A stretch of DNA of 64,000 nucleotides, from assembly GCA_963828195.1 (NCBI GenBank), contig CAWHDT010000001.1:96001-160000 (forward strand), in the 5' to 3' direction. The notes beneath the pieces were generated by a model. It searched no databases. It was not told the origin of the DNA and saw nothing but the letters and a program-made list of their open reading frames with translations. The first letter of the stretch is position 1, and every line of letters starts with the position of its first letter. The position numbers were made by a program, and so were the translations under genes. Shown here piece by piece: positions 19,779 to 29,560 of this stretch. The stretch is from Candidatus Bathyarchaeota archaeon. GTDB lineage: Archaea > Thermoproteota > Bathyarchaeia > Bathyarchaeales > Bathycorpusculaceae.

Positions 19779-20410
19779 ATAGCTTTTACTGTTTTTTTCT
19801 TTAATTCATTGTAAACGTGTAAGGCTCTTTGTATAACAGTAAGATTTGAAAGCACCGCTAACAAGGCTACGCCATAACCCAACGCGGGCAACCAAAAAAA
19901 CGCGATTACACTGACGACGGCTAGTATAAGCATTCGTTCTGCACGTTCAGCAAAACCCACTGACTCCATTTTTATGCCAGCTGCTTCAGCTCTTGCTCGA
20001 CTATAACTTACCAGAAGAGAACCTGATAGTGCGGCTAAGGCCCAAACGGGACCCCAAAATGTGCCCCAAGCACGGTTACATAGTCCAGCGATTATTATGG
20101 CGGCGAATATTATTGCGTCTGCATACCGATCCAGGACAGAGTCAAAAAAACCGCCGAAAACCGTTACCTGCTGAAAAGTTCTTGCGATGATCCCGTCAAG
20201 CGTGTCGCAGAATCCTGACGCTAAGAGCAAAGCTGTTGCTAAAAGGAGAAGCCACCGGAAGCTTGGAGCCAGTGCATATGCGCTGGCTGATGCGATAGCT
20301 ATTATGAACCCTATGAGGCTTACTTTGTTAGGAGTTAAACCTATTTTATGTGCGGCTTTTGCTTGTGAAGTTAGCATTTGCTGAACTTTTTTCTTGAGTT
20401 TAGTGAGCAA
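19775..20410 (-). CDS. CDP-alcohol phosphatidyltransferase (archaetidylinositol phosphate synthase-like)
   Basis: DTLDGIIAR...GGFFDSVLDRYAD; SYSRARAE; GFAERAER; start uncertain (TTG 20410 or ATG 20446). Confidence 0.9.
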   Translation of the reverse strand: MLTKLKKKVQQMLTSQAKAAHKIGLTPNKVSLIGFIIAIASASAYALAPSFRWLLLLATALLLASGFCDTLDGIIARTFQQVTVFGGFFDSVLDRYADAIIFAAIIIAGLCNRAWGTFWGPVWALAALSGSLLVSYSRARAEAAGIKMESVGFAERAERMLILAVVSVIAFFWLPALGYGVALLAVLSNLTVIQRALHVYNELKKKTVKAI

Positions 20411-20559
20411 GGTAACATCCTGAGCTTGTTGAGTGTTAAAGCTCATTATGAGCAGGGTATAAAAAAGCCTTTCCAGCTAATCGTCCGTTAAATGTTGAAC
20501 AAATTTTCCATATGGATGTTTTCAATGGACTTATTAGGAAGAACTTGTATAAGTGGGGC

Positions 20560-20606
20560 AGTAACGTTTCCGTTACTAGTCAAAACGCAAGTAACAGCGA
20601 CGTTAC
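20560..20606. promoter_or_regulatory. Twin palindromes GTAAC-N6-GTTAC upstream of alba
   Basis: AGTAACG-TTTC-CGTTACT (20560-20577) and GTAAC-AGCGAC-GTTAC (20591-20606), 30 bp apart, downstream of TATA-like TTGTATAA. Confidence 0.6.
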
Positions 20607-20633
20607 ACAAAGCACACAAAAGGAGTAGAAAAA

Positions 20634-20921
20634 ATGACTGAAAATTCAGATGTTATCTTCGTCGGGAATAAACCTCCAATGAGCTACGTTCTGGCAATCA
20701 TAACAAGCTTCTCTTCAGGAACACTGCAGGAAGTCACTTTGAAAGCTCGAGGCCAAGCCATAACCACCGCTGTTGATGTTGCAGAGATAGCAAGAAACCG
20801 ATTCATTAAAGACCTCAAAGTTACCAAGATCGCCATAGGAACAGCTGAAATGCCTCCACGCGGGGGAGAAAATAAGTCCCGAATGGTTTCAACGATGGAG
20901 ATAACGCTAAGCAAAAAATAA
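20634..20921 (+). CDS. albA: DNA/RNA-binding protein Alba
   Basis: IFVGNKPPMSYVLA, LKARGQAITTAVDVAE, VSTMEITL. Confidence 0.96.
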   Translation: MTENSDVIFVGNKPPMSYVLAIITSFSSGTLQEVTLKARGQAITTAVDVAEIARNRFIKDLKVTKIAIGTAEMPPRGGENKSRMVSTMEITLSKK

Positions 20922-21083
20922 AAAAGGGCAGCAAACAAAACCAAGAAACCAAATCTAAACCTTCTTCTATTTTTTAAAATGAACTGGGCTAATTTTCTGT
21001 TCTGAAGAATTATAGCTGCAGTTTGTAATCGTAAGGTTAAATAACTGATTTTGTCAGTTAGACAATTACTCCGTGTGAGAGAA

Positions 21084-22373
21084 ATGTTAGATATCAAGCT
21101 TATCCGTGAAAATCCTGAACTTGTAAAAAACAATCTTGCAAAGCGGGGCAACCCCGAAGCCACTCAGATGCTAGATGACTTGATTGCTCTTGACAAGGAA
21201 TGGCGATTTAACCTCACAAAACTAAACGAGCTTCGCCACCAGAGAAAGCAAGTAACCATAGAAATCGCCAAACTTAAAAAGGCAGGCAAAGAAGCCGACA
21301 ACGAAGTCGCGAAGGCACAAGATATCGATGAAAAAATAACTCTTCTTGAAAAGCAAGTTACCCAGCAAGAAAAGAAAACCCATGACTACCTCATGCAGCT
21401 TCCAAACCTGCTTGATGAGACTGTTCCTCTTGGAAAAGACTCTAACGATAATGTGCAGATAAAAACATGGGGAACAATTCCGAAATTTAGTTTTCCGATA
21501 AAAAACCACATTGACTTGGCTCTAGATTTAGACCAAATTGACATGGAAAGAGCTGGAAAAATATCTGGCGCACGATTCTTCTACCTGAAAAATCAGGTCG
21601 CACAATTAGACATGGCGCTGATGAGCTTCGCCATTGGGGAACTGACAAAAAAAGGGTATACACCAATCATTCCGCCTTATTTGATGAATCGTGAAGCATA
21701 TGAAGGTGTAACGTCGCTCGGCGACTTTGCTGAGGTGCTCTATAAAGTGGAAAATGAAGACCTGTACTTGATCGCCACTTCCGAGCATCCTATGGCTGCT
21801 ATGTACATGAACGAAGTGTTAAAAGAACAGGATATGCCGCTGAAACTTGCAGGAATCAGCACATGCTTCAGAAAAGAGGCGGGAGCCCATGGCAAAGACA
21901 CAAGGGGAATATTCCGAACGCACCAATTCAACAAGATCGAACAATTCATCTTTTGCAAACCAGAAGACTCAACTAAGCTACATGAGGAACTGCTGCAAAA
22001 CGCTGAAGACTTGCTTCAGAAACTTGAATTGCCATACCGCGTGGTCAACGTTTGCACCGGTGACATTGGAACCGTGGCTGCTAAAAAATACGATATTGAG
22101 GCGTGGATGCCAGCGCAAAATGGGTACCGAGAGGTTGTTTCCTGCAGCAACTGCACCGATTATCAAGGAAGACGCTTAGGCATTCGTTACAGGGAAAAGG
22201 AAGGCGCAGCGCCGAAAGGATTCGTTCACACATTAAACTCTACAGCTGTAGCAACGGGCAGAACCATGGTTGCCCTAATAGAAAATAATCAGCGAGAAGA
22301 CGGCACGATTAACATCCCAAATGCCTTGAGAACATACATGGGTAACAGAGAAAAAATTGACAAAAAACGCTAA
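21084..22373 (+). CDS. serS: Serine--tRNA ligase
   Basis: MLDIKLIREN, YLIATSEHP, FRKEAGAHGKDTRGIFRTHQF, EVVSCSNCTDYQ, HTLNSTA. Confidence 0.97.
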   Translation: MLDIKLIRENPELVKNNLAKRGNPEATQMLDDLIALDKEWRFNLTKLNELRHQRKQVTIEIAKLKKAGKEADNEVAKAQDIDEKITLLEKQVTQQEKKTHDYLMQLPNLLDETVPLGKDSNDNVQIKTWGTIPKFSFPIKNHIDLALDLDQIDMERAGKISGARFFYLKNQVAQLDMALMSFAIGELTKKGYTPIIPPYLMNREAYEGVTSLGDFAEVLYKVENEDLYLIATSEHPMAAMYMNEVLKEQDMPLKLAGISTCFRKEAGAHGKDTRGIFRTHQFNKIEQFIFCKPEDSTKLHEELLQNAEDLLQKLELPYRVVNVCTGDIGTVAAKKYDIEAWMPAQNGYREVVSCSNCTDYQGRRLGIRYREKEGAAPKGFVHTLNSTAVATGRTMVALIENNQREDGTINIPNALRTYMGNREKIDKKR

Positions 22374-22423
22374 ACCTTTTAATATTCCCTTGAGAATGTT
22401 GAGGCACGTTTGGAGAAATAAAT

Positions 22424-23062
22424 TTGTCTTCAAAAACTAAGCATATACGTGATAAGTGGCGTGGAAAAGGGTGGTACATGGTTGTTGCCCCAGCCTACTT
22501 TGGCAACATAGAGTTAGGTGCCATACCGGCGCAAGAGCCTGAGCAGCTAATAGGCAGAGTTGTTGAAGCCACCCTTTATGATATAACAGCCGACTTTTCG
22601 CATCATTTCCTGAAGATGTTTTTCCAAATAAACGAGGTTGACGCAAAAACCGCCAAAACACTCTTTAAAGGTCATGAGTACTCGCGAGACTACCTTCGAA
22701 GCCTGGTTAGAAGGAGAACAACCAAAGTTGATTCGTTAATCAACCTGACCACAAAAGACGGGTATAAACTTAGAATCGCAGTTTCAGCCCTGACGCTTTC
22801 AAGAATAAAAACCTCTCAAGAAAAGATAATCCGCAAAATGATGGATAAAACAATCCACGAGAAAGCCAACGCTTTATCGCTGGATCAGTTCGTTCAAGAA
22901 ATGGTTCTTGGCAAAATCGCTTCAGACATCTACAACCAAGCCAAAGAAGTTGCTCCACTAAGGCATGTTGGGATAAGAAAATCCAAACTATTAGCGCAGC
23001 CACAAGTGCAGGCGCAAACGCAAGAAGCCCCGGCAGCGCCGGTTGCTCAAGCTGAAGCATAA
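22424..23062 (+). CDS. rps3ae: 30S ribosomal protein S3Ae (eS1)
   Basis: DKWRGKGWY, GRVVEATLYDIT, GHEYSRDYLRSLVRR, PLRHVGIRKSK. Confidence 0.96.
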   Translation: MSSKTKHIRDKWRGKGWYMVVAPAYFGNIELGAIPAQEPEQLIGRVVEATLYDITADFSHHFLKMFFQINEVDAKTAKTLFKGHEYSRDYLRSLVRRRTTKVDSLINLTTKDGYKLRIAVSALTLSRIKTSQEKIIRKMMDKTIHEKANALSLDQFVQEMVLGKIASDIYNQAKEVAPLRHVGIRKSKLLAQPQVQAQTQEAPAAPVAQAEA

Positions 23063-23160
23063 CCCATTGTTTATTTTTCAAATTCTTCTTCTTTAGGGCA
23101 AAATACATTAGAAACAAGCAGGTAAAAAGTTCTTTAATGAAACGTTAAGGAGCGTTTTGT

Positions 23161-23631
23161 TTGTCTGAGAAAGCGGGAGTTCATGAAAAAGGAACCTTTA
23201 CGGTTCAAGACGCCATCGACAACATTAAAAAAGACCCCAACTACCCCAAAGCTGGAGCTATAGGGCTTTTCATCGGGGTAGTTCGGGGGGAAACTTTCGA
23301 GGGGCAAAAAGTTGAAAAACTCCAACTTGAAGCTTACGAAGAAAAAGCCAATCAAGTGTTAGGCAAAATATGTGATGACCTATTAGCTAAACCGGGAATA
23401 GTTAACGTTCAAATTCATCATTTACTGGGCGAATTCGAAGTTGGAGACGATTTAGTTTATGTCGCTGTGGCTGGTAGTCACCGAACAGATGTTTTTCCTG
23501 TCCTGCGCGAGGCTGTCGAGAGATACAAAAGTGAAGCTCCGGTTTTCAAAAAAGAACACGTTGTGAATGCAGAGGGCTCTGCAGTTGAGTATTGGGTTTC
23601 AGAAAAACACGACCATAAACACCTTCATTAA
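23161..23631 (+). CDS. moaE: Molybdopterin synthase catalytic subunit MoaE
   Basis: GAIGLFIGVVR, LEAYE, HHLLGEFEVG, SHR, APVFKKE. Confidence 0.92.
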   Translation: MSEKAGVHEKGTFTVQDAIDNIKKDPNYPKAGAIGLFIGVVRGETFEGQKVEKLQLEAYEEKANQVLGKICDDLLAKPGIVNVQIHHLLGEFEVGDDLVYVAVAGSHRTDVFPVLREAVERYKSEAPVFKKEHVVNAEGSAVEYWVSEKHDHKHLH

Positions 23632-23650
23632 ATGAGGTGACTTGGCAAAT

Positions 23651-24568
23651 ATGATTACGGCTTTGGCAGGTGGTGTCGGCGCAGCCAGGTTCCTAACGGG
23701 CTTAGTGAAGCTCGTTGATGCGGATGACATTTCGGTGGTTGTGAATACCGGCGATGACATTGACATGTTCGGTTTGCATATTTCTCCCGACGTTGACATT
23801 GTAGCGTACACTTTAGCAGGCATCGTTGATGAGGAGAAAGGTTGGGGAATAAAGGGCGATACGTTTCAGTGCCTTGAAATGATCAGAAAATTGGGGTTAG
23901 AAACATGGTTCAGTTTAGGCGATAAAGATTTTGCAACCCATATTTTTCGGACCAATTTGCTGAACAAAGGTTTCACTCTCACGCAGGTCACCGACCAAAT
24001 TTGCCATGCCTTAGGGCTCAAGGTTACCATTTTGCCAATGACGGATGATAAGTTTGAGACGTGGATAAAAATTGAGGAAGGCTTAGTCCATTTTGAAGAA
24101 TATTTTGTTAAAAGACAAGCCAACGATAAGGTTTTAGGTGTGGAATTTGTCGGCGCCGCCGGCGCGAATCCGTCGCCTAAAGTTCTGGATTCAATTCTTA
24201 ACTCAAAAACGATTATCGTTTGCCCCAGCAATCCCGTCGTCAGCATCGGTACAATTCTTTCAGTTGCTGGAATCAGAGACGCCTTGAAGAGAACGAACGC
24301 CGAAGTCGTTGGGGTTAGTCCCATAGTTGCTGGAGCACCCATTAAGGGTCCTGCAGATAAACTGATGCGTGCGTTGGGTTTTGAGGTCTCAGCGTTTTCT
24401 GTTGCCAAGCTTTACGCCGATTTCCTCGATACTTTTGTGATTGACACTCAAGATGTCGATGAGAAGAACCGTATAGAGAAGCTTGGAATCAAAGTGAAAG
24501 TGACAGACACCGTGATGAAGAGTTTAGAAGACAAAGTGCGGCTGGCCAAAACCGTCATGGAACATTAA
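23651..24568 (+). CDS. cofD: 2-phospho-L-lactate transferase (F420 biosynthesis)
   Basis: LAGGVGAARFL, VNTGDD, ISPDVD, WFSLGDKD, HFEEYFV, PSNPVVSI, KGPADKLM. Confidence 0.95.
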   Translation: MITALAGGVGAARFLTGLVKLVDADDISVVVNTGDDIDMFGLHISPDVDIVAYTLAGIVDEEKGWGIKGDTFQCLEMIRKLGLETWFSLGDKDFATHIFRTNLLNKGFTLTQVTDQICHALGLKVTILPMTDDKFETWIKIEEGLVHFEEYFVKRQANDKVLGVEFVGAAGANPSPKVLDSILNSKTIIVCPSNPVVSIGTILSVAGIRDALKRTNAEVVGVSPIVAGAPIKGPADKLMRALGFEVSAFSVAKLYADFLDTFVIDTQDVDEKNRIEKLGIKVKVTDTVMKSLEDKVRLAKTVMEH

Positions 24569-24602
24569 ACAAAAAATCTGGATATATAGACTAAGTGATT
24601 CT

Positions 24603-24886
24603 CTATATACTATTTGCGCAGTATAAATAAGACAAAAAAAGATTTCTGAATATGAAAGTGCCATGCAGAGGAAGAAAACTAAAAAGAGATCTGTAGAACT
24701 CGAATCGCCATGGTACTTCACCCATGTTTGAGGCATGGTTAAAAATATCAATGTTGTAGTTGAGGGAGAGAATTGTGAAGGAAAGAGCAGTGACCAAAAG
24801 GCAAGCACAAGCTAAAAAGAGCGATCTTGTAGATTGGCTTTTAGCGATTGATGCAAGTTAAGCGCGACTTTCAAAAAATAAGCCAT
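24603..24886 (-). pseudogene. Possible frameshifted small membrane-protein remnant
   Basis: Hydrophobic segments in successive frames (MAYFLKVAL / SLFLACACLLVTALSFTIL / LFLVFFLCMALSYSEIFFCLIY); no family recognised. Confidence 0.25.
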
Positions 24887-24976
24887 CGCAAGAAAAACAG
24901 GCGTGTTAAAGCTCTCTCTTGATGTGGCTTTTAAGAGAAGGGTTATATTTGAAAACCAATCAATAATGTTAGAGCA

Positions 24977-25654
24977 GTGATAAGATTGGAGAAAAAAAGT
25001 TATGATTGGTTTGAGCAGCGACGCAGAAACCGAGGATTAGAACTGGCTCATGATCAAATAACAAAGGCTTTTGACACGGTAACATGGCTGCATAAAGCAA
25101 CCAAAAGCTTTTCAGAAAAAAACTTTAAAGAAGCCCAAAAATACATTGAAAACTTGTATAAAACTGAGGAAGGCGTTGATGCGCTTCGAACAGACGTTTT
25201 CATGGAGCTGTCCAAGGGCGCAGCTTTGGTGGCAGATTACCGCGAAGACCTCTTACACCTTGTTAAACGGTTAGATACGCTGGCAGACCACACTAAGGAC
25301 GCTGCAAGATGCCTTGAAATGCTCGCTGGGGCTGAAATTCCGCAAGAGCTTTGTGAAAAAACCGTTTTAATGACTGGCAAACTTGTCGACACCGCTCAGA
25401 CATTAAGGAACAGCATAGAAAAAATCTCATCGAACCCAACAGAAGCCATAAATGAAGCAAAAAAAGTCGGCGAAATCGAGCATGCAATCGACATTGAATA
25501 CCTTAACTCCAAAAAATTATTTGTGAAGTACGGCGTAACCATAAACTGCGGAGCCATGGTGATATTCGACGACCTTATTGAATTCATTGAGCAAGCAGCA
25601 GACATGTGCGCCGACACAGCAGACTACATCCTGATTCTCTCAAGCAGAGAATAA
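24977..25654 (+). CDS. DUF47 family PhoU-like phosphate transport regulator
   Basis: EEGVDALR, REDLLHLVKRLDTLADH, IEHAID, IEQAADMCADTAD. Confidence 0.9.
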   Translation: MIRLEKKSYDWFEQRRRNRGLELAHDQITKAFDTVTWLHKATKSFSEKNFKEAQKYIENLYKTEEGVDALRTDVFMELSKGAALVADYREDLLHLVKRLDTLADHTKDAARCLEMLAGAEIPQELCEKTVLMTGKLVDTAQTLRNSIEKISSNPTEAINEAKKVGEIEHAIDIEYLNSKKLFVKYGVTINCGAMVIFDDLIEFIEQAADMCADTADYILILSSRE

Positions 25655-25775
25655 AACCCAAACATTCCTATTTTTTGGTTTCGACGCGTATGGTCATCAA
25701 AGCTTTTGGGTTAAAATTGGAAAAAACTGCTTTGCGTTGATTTTTTGTTTTGGGACTTTAATTTTGTTCAGTTTA

Positions 25776-25850
25776 CGTTTTTTTCCGTTCCTCCCCTTTG
25801 AATCCCGTTCAGTTCCGTTCCTCATCGTTGTTCCCCGTTCTTTCGCGTTC
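25776..25850. repeat. 10-bp phased CGTT(C) array
   Basis: CGTT at 25776, 25786, 25806, 25816, 25826, 25836, 25846 (CTTT at 25796). Confidence 0.8.
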
Positions 25851-25951
25851 CCTTCCAATTGTTCGCAGCAAACCTCTGGCTTGCATCAAATTTGCTTGAA
25901 CATTTATTTTCAGACTCTAAAAAATAGTGGAAGAATCAGGTTAGCAAAGAG

Positions 25952-26030
25952 TGGCGGGCCCGCTGGGATTTGAACCCAGGACCTCCGGCTCCGCAGGCCG
26001 GTGTCATAATCCGTACTAGACGACGAGCCC
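25952..26030 (-). tRNA. tRNA-Arg(GCG)
   Basis: GGGCTCG/CGGGCCC acceptor stem, CCGGC-CTGCGGA-GCCGG anticodon arm, CTGGG-TTCAAAT-CCCAG T arm, encoded CCA. Confidence 0.96.
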
Positions 26031-26228
26031 TCTGCAACGAGATTACTTTTCCGTTCGAATCATATAAATGCTGATGCTCAGCCAAAATCATTACTACATC
26101 CCTCTGGCAAAAAGCAACAACTTGGAAGATAGCGGAGAATTTAATTGGATTCAAGATCTAATTTTAAAATTGGTTGCAGATTTGAAAATAAAAAGAAAAT
26201 GGGGGAAGTTGTTTTTTCCCTTGTTGTT

Positions 26229-28832
26229 TTATGGGTGTTTTCTTAGCATCAGCAAAGCCAGCACGATGCCGACTATGATGATGACGACGATTATGGCTGC
26301 GACTGCTGGGACGAAGTAGAGGTCGGCGACAGATGTTGGAGTGGCTGTAGGCGCAGCGCTAGTTGGCGCAGGTGCCTGCATCACGTTGAAGTATGTTTCG
26401 GCTGAAGATCCGTAGTAGCTGTTGGTGCCGCAGAAAGTTGCGACAACAGTGTAGGTGCCTGGTACAGATGGCGTGAAGGTAACATCGTATGAGCCTGTTG
26501 CGTCAGTTGTTGCGTTGCCGACAACGTAGTAGTTGCCGTTGGGATCAAGGATGGTTATTGTCACTGGAACTCCTGTGAAGTTGGTTGGCATTGGTTCTTG
26601 TTGATAAACGTAGCCCATCCAAGCCGTCATGCTAGCGTCGGAAGCGCATGGTACACCGTTTGGAAAGTTAGCTGCCTGCTGGTTCTCTTTGGTGCCTGCG
26701 GAAATATCCATCACTGTGCCTTTGACCACGACTGGTGTGCCGTATGTTGAGGCAACGGTTGGTGCTGAAACTGTGGTTGCGCTTGGTCCTTGACCGACAC
26801 AGTAGTATTGACCGTCATAGCAGTTGAAGAATGCGGCGTATCCGTCAGCGATTGCGATAGGCTGCATGGCTGTTCCAAGGCCACTAGAACCCCAATCTAG
26901 TAATTCCCAAACTAGAGCGCCAGTGTTTGCGTTGAGAACCCGCATCATGTTGCCTTTGTAGAGCGGAATGTTAGGCGAGTGCTCTCCAGCGTAAGTGAAG
27001 ACCATGCCATCGGCGAAGGCGGTAAGGTGGATTGGATAGTTACCCCAAGGTCCATTTGCGCCCATGGTTGTGCTGTTGGTTCCAACTCCGTTACCAAATG
27101 TCCATAGCAGTGTTCCGTTAAGCATTGAGTAGCAGTAGACTATTCCGCCGTAGCCTGAAACGTAGTAGTTTCCGTAAGCCGTTGTGCCTTCTCGTGAGCT
27201 GTAGTATTGGAATCCCACTTGCGCCTGTGCGCTTGGTCCCCAAACTAAATCGCCGGTAACAATGCTGAAAGCTAATCTTTGACCAGTCTCTAAGATCGTC
27301 ATAGTCCACTCGTTGGTAACAGGGTCAATTGGCTGCGTTGATAACATTTCGGTTTCGTTGTTCGGTGGCGCTGCATAACTCTGAATCCAAAGTAGAGTGC
27401 CGAAGGTGTTGGGTGCTACGCTGAGACACCACATTGTCCATGGGTTCGTGTTCGGGTTAGGCTGCGAGGCAAGTGCGATGCTGCTGCTGGTGCCGAGTAG
27501 GTACTGTCCGGGGATAACGCCGACAACGCTTGGAGTGATGCTGCCTGTCATTGGACCTAGCAAGTCTGAGGTTATGGTCGTGTTGTATTCATATGCGTAG
27601 CCAACGTTTGCTGGAAGGCTTAAGTTGGGACCTGTTGGAAATTCTGCTGGCAAATTATAAAGCAAAGTGTAGCCTGCGATGGCTGCAGTTTCATTCCATA
27701 ACGCCAAGGTTCCAGTTTGTGTTTTGTCGCTGTAGCTGAAAACGTATTTGTCGATCTCGCCGTTGTTTAAGTAAACTTCGGTGCCGCTGGGAACGTTTGT
27801 TAGGTTAAACAGGAACTGCTGAGTGAAAGCGTCATAGCCCATCCATGTTGTGCCAGAAGTCATCCAGAGAATTGCGCCTGGAGCGCCGAACTGATCTGGA
27901 TCCTGCAAGTCATAGATCTGCGCAAAGCTCGGGTAAAGCGTCGTGCTTGTCCACAGAACCTGTCCAGTTTGCAAGTTTAATGCAACCTCTGGTCCGCCCG
28001 ATCCAGCTTCGCCCGTAGGCTCTTGGTAGTAGAGTACGCCTTGAACAATCAGTGGGTTGGGGTTTCTGATGTTATAGGACATTCCAGTATAGTATGTTGC
28101 GTAATTATCGGCAGGATCAGCAGTGTTTCCTTCCTGAGTAAGGGTTCCTCCTTCTAAACCGCCGTATTGAATTGGTCTAGTCCACATTACGTGTGCACTT
28201 GTTGGGGCGGCGCCGTTTTCTTGCCAAAAGTTAGCAACAGCTTGACCGCCTAGCCAGTTTGAGCCAATAGCGATCCAGTTTACGTTTTGGTCGTTTATGG
28301 GTCTTGTCCAGTAGTCAGTTGGTAGTGGAATAAGCGGTATGGTGGTTACGGGGTTTTGTTGGACGACAAAGGTGCATGATGCGTTGCTTGGTTCATAGTA
28401 TAAGCCTTCGTCGGCAGCAACTCCGCCCGCTGAAGTTGGGAAGTTGTAGGTTTGTCCTGGGAAAGTGAAGTTTACAGTGTAGGTTCCGACTTGTGTGGGC
28501 GTGAAAGTGAAGTACTGTGACGAGGTTGGGTCGCTAACGTATGGGAAGTTTTGGGTTACAGTTGTGCCATCGGGCTGAGTGATGACGAACGCGTAGTTTG
28601 CGAATCTAATTGTGTTAGTGATAACTTCTCCGGGCATTGCAACGTTGATCCAGCCGTAGATGAGCATTTGCTGGCCAACACCATCAGGGTTTGGCGTAGC
28701 GGCAGCCCATGCAAAGGTAGCTTGTACTCCTGCAGCTTTAGCAGACGGTATTAATGCCAATGAACCTCCTATTGAAACTGTTAAAATTACAGCAATCAAG
28801 ATAGCCATAGCTTTAGTTTTTACATTTTGCAT
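26229..28832 (-). CDS. Secreted PQQ-like beta-propeller / Ig-like cell-surface protein with C-terminal membrane anchor
   Basis: Signal peptide; repeats like LQTGQVLW, VTGDLVW, LNGTLLW, ANTGALVW; many N-x-S/T sites; Pro/Thr linker, TM and RKHP end. Confidence 0.88.
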   Translation of the reverse strand: MQNVKTKAMAILIAVILTVSIGGSLALIPSAKAAGVQATFAWAAATPNPDGVGQQMLIYGWINVAMPGEVITNTIRFANYAFVITQPDGTTVTQNFPYVSDPTSSQYFTFTPTQVGTYTVNFTFPGQTYNFPTSAGGVAADEGLYYEPSNASCTFVVQQNPVTTIPLIPLPTDYWTRPINDQNVNWIAIGSNWLGGQAVANFWQENGAAPTSAHVMWTRPIQYGGLEGGTLTQEGNTADPADNYATYYTGMSYNIRNPNPLIVQGVLYYQEPTGEAGSGGPEVALNLQTGQVLWTSTTLYPSFAQIYDLQDPDQFGAPGAILWMTSGTTWMGYDAFTQQFLFNLTNVPSGTEVYLNNGEIDKYVFSYSDKTQTGTLALWNETAAIAGYTLLYNLPAEFPTGPNLSLPANVGYAYEYNTTITSDLLGPMTGSITPSVVGVIPGQYLLGTSSSIALASQPNPNTNPWTMWCLSVAPNTFGTLLWIQSYAAPPNNETEMLSTQPIDPVTNEWTMTILETGQRLAFSIVTGDLVWGPSAQAQVGFQYYSSREGTTAYGNYYVSGYGGIVYCYSMLNGTLLWTFGNGVGTNSTTMGANGPWGNYPIHLTAFADGMVFTYAGEHSPNIPLYKGNMMRVLNANTGALVWELLDWGSSGLGTAMQPIAIADGYAAFFNCYDGQYYCVGQGPSATTVSAPTVASTYGTPVVVKGTVMDISAGTKENQQAANFPNGVPCASDASMTAWMGYVYQQEPMPTNFTGVPVTITILDPNGNYYVVGNATTDATGSYDVTFTPSVPGTYTVVATFCGTNSYYGSSAETYFNVMQAPAPTSAAPTATPTSVADLYFVPAVAAIIVVIIIVGIVLALLMLRKHP

Positions 28833-29126
28833 TTTTTCTTTTCTCCTTAAAGTTTTTTTTGAAAAAGATCAATAATATAGTGTTGTAATATTGTCTTTTT
28901 CATAGAAGTGGGTACACCGTATTAGTATAAAAGGTTTATTTAAATTAACGTAATATGCGAAAATGCAATGGACAAATATTAAATCAATATAGTACAAAAC
29001 CCGAAAACAGTAGAAGATTATTCAGTCTCTTCTTCAGCCGTATATGGTCTGAAGTGATTTCCAAGCCAGTGCTCGCCCATTATTCACCAGCGAATTCAGA
29101 AAACTTTTTCATCTTAAAGCATTGTT

Positions 29127-29393
29127 TTAATCCTGCAAAACCCCGAGCAGAATGAGTAAGAGAGCTACCGCATCTATCAGAAGATGAAGACTGTCTGTGA
29201 AGGCTATATTGTAAGTTTGGTTAAATATCTCAGGAATCGAAATTAGCCCGTGGACAAAAAATAAGGCAAACCCAAGCGTCAGCAAAAGAGTCTTTTTGCT
29301 TCGTAAACGGTTGTAAGCCAGCAGAGAAATTGCAAAAACAACTGTGGTCACGAGAACAAATATTACGCGGGACAATATGAATAGCGAATCCAT
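29127..29393 (-). CDS. Small three-TM membrane protein
   Basis: ISLLAYNRLRSKKTLLLTLGFALF pattern; three hydrophobic helices. Confidence 0.7.
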   Translation of the reverse strand: MDSLFILSRVIFVLVTTVVFAISLLAYNRLRSKKTLLLTLGFALFFVHGLISIPEIFNQTYNIAFTDSLHLLIDAVALLLILLGVLQD

Positions 29394-29560
29394 TCGTAAC
29401 ACTCTTGAATTAAGCAGTCTGCGCAATTAACTAATAAAATTTTGGTGAATCCGTAACTTTAAAGTTTAGAGATTCTGCGCGTTGACATATCTACGGGTCT
29501 TTTGGAAAAGCTAACTACATTAGCTTTTTATCCAAAAATACCAAAAAAAAGGCTGAGCGG

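Noticed and set aside
24864-24872. Single GCGACTTTC match (also a reverse AAGTTGCGA near 63975)
   Set aside because: Isolated 9-mers without the surrounding element are expected by chance
25737-26319. ORFs 25737-25973, 25936-26154 and 26068-26319
   Set aside because: They overlap the tRNA-Arg, the phased array or the beta-propeller gene
26229-28832. Beta-propeller protein as an active PQQ dehydrogenase
   Set aside because: Only the propeller repeat pattern is visible; I cannot identify quinoprotein catalytic motifs, and the architecture suggests a structural surface protein
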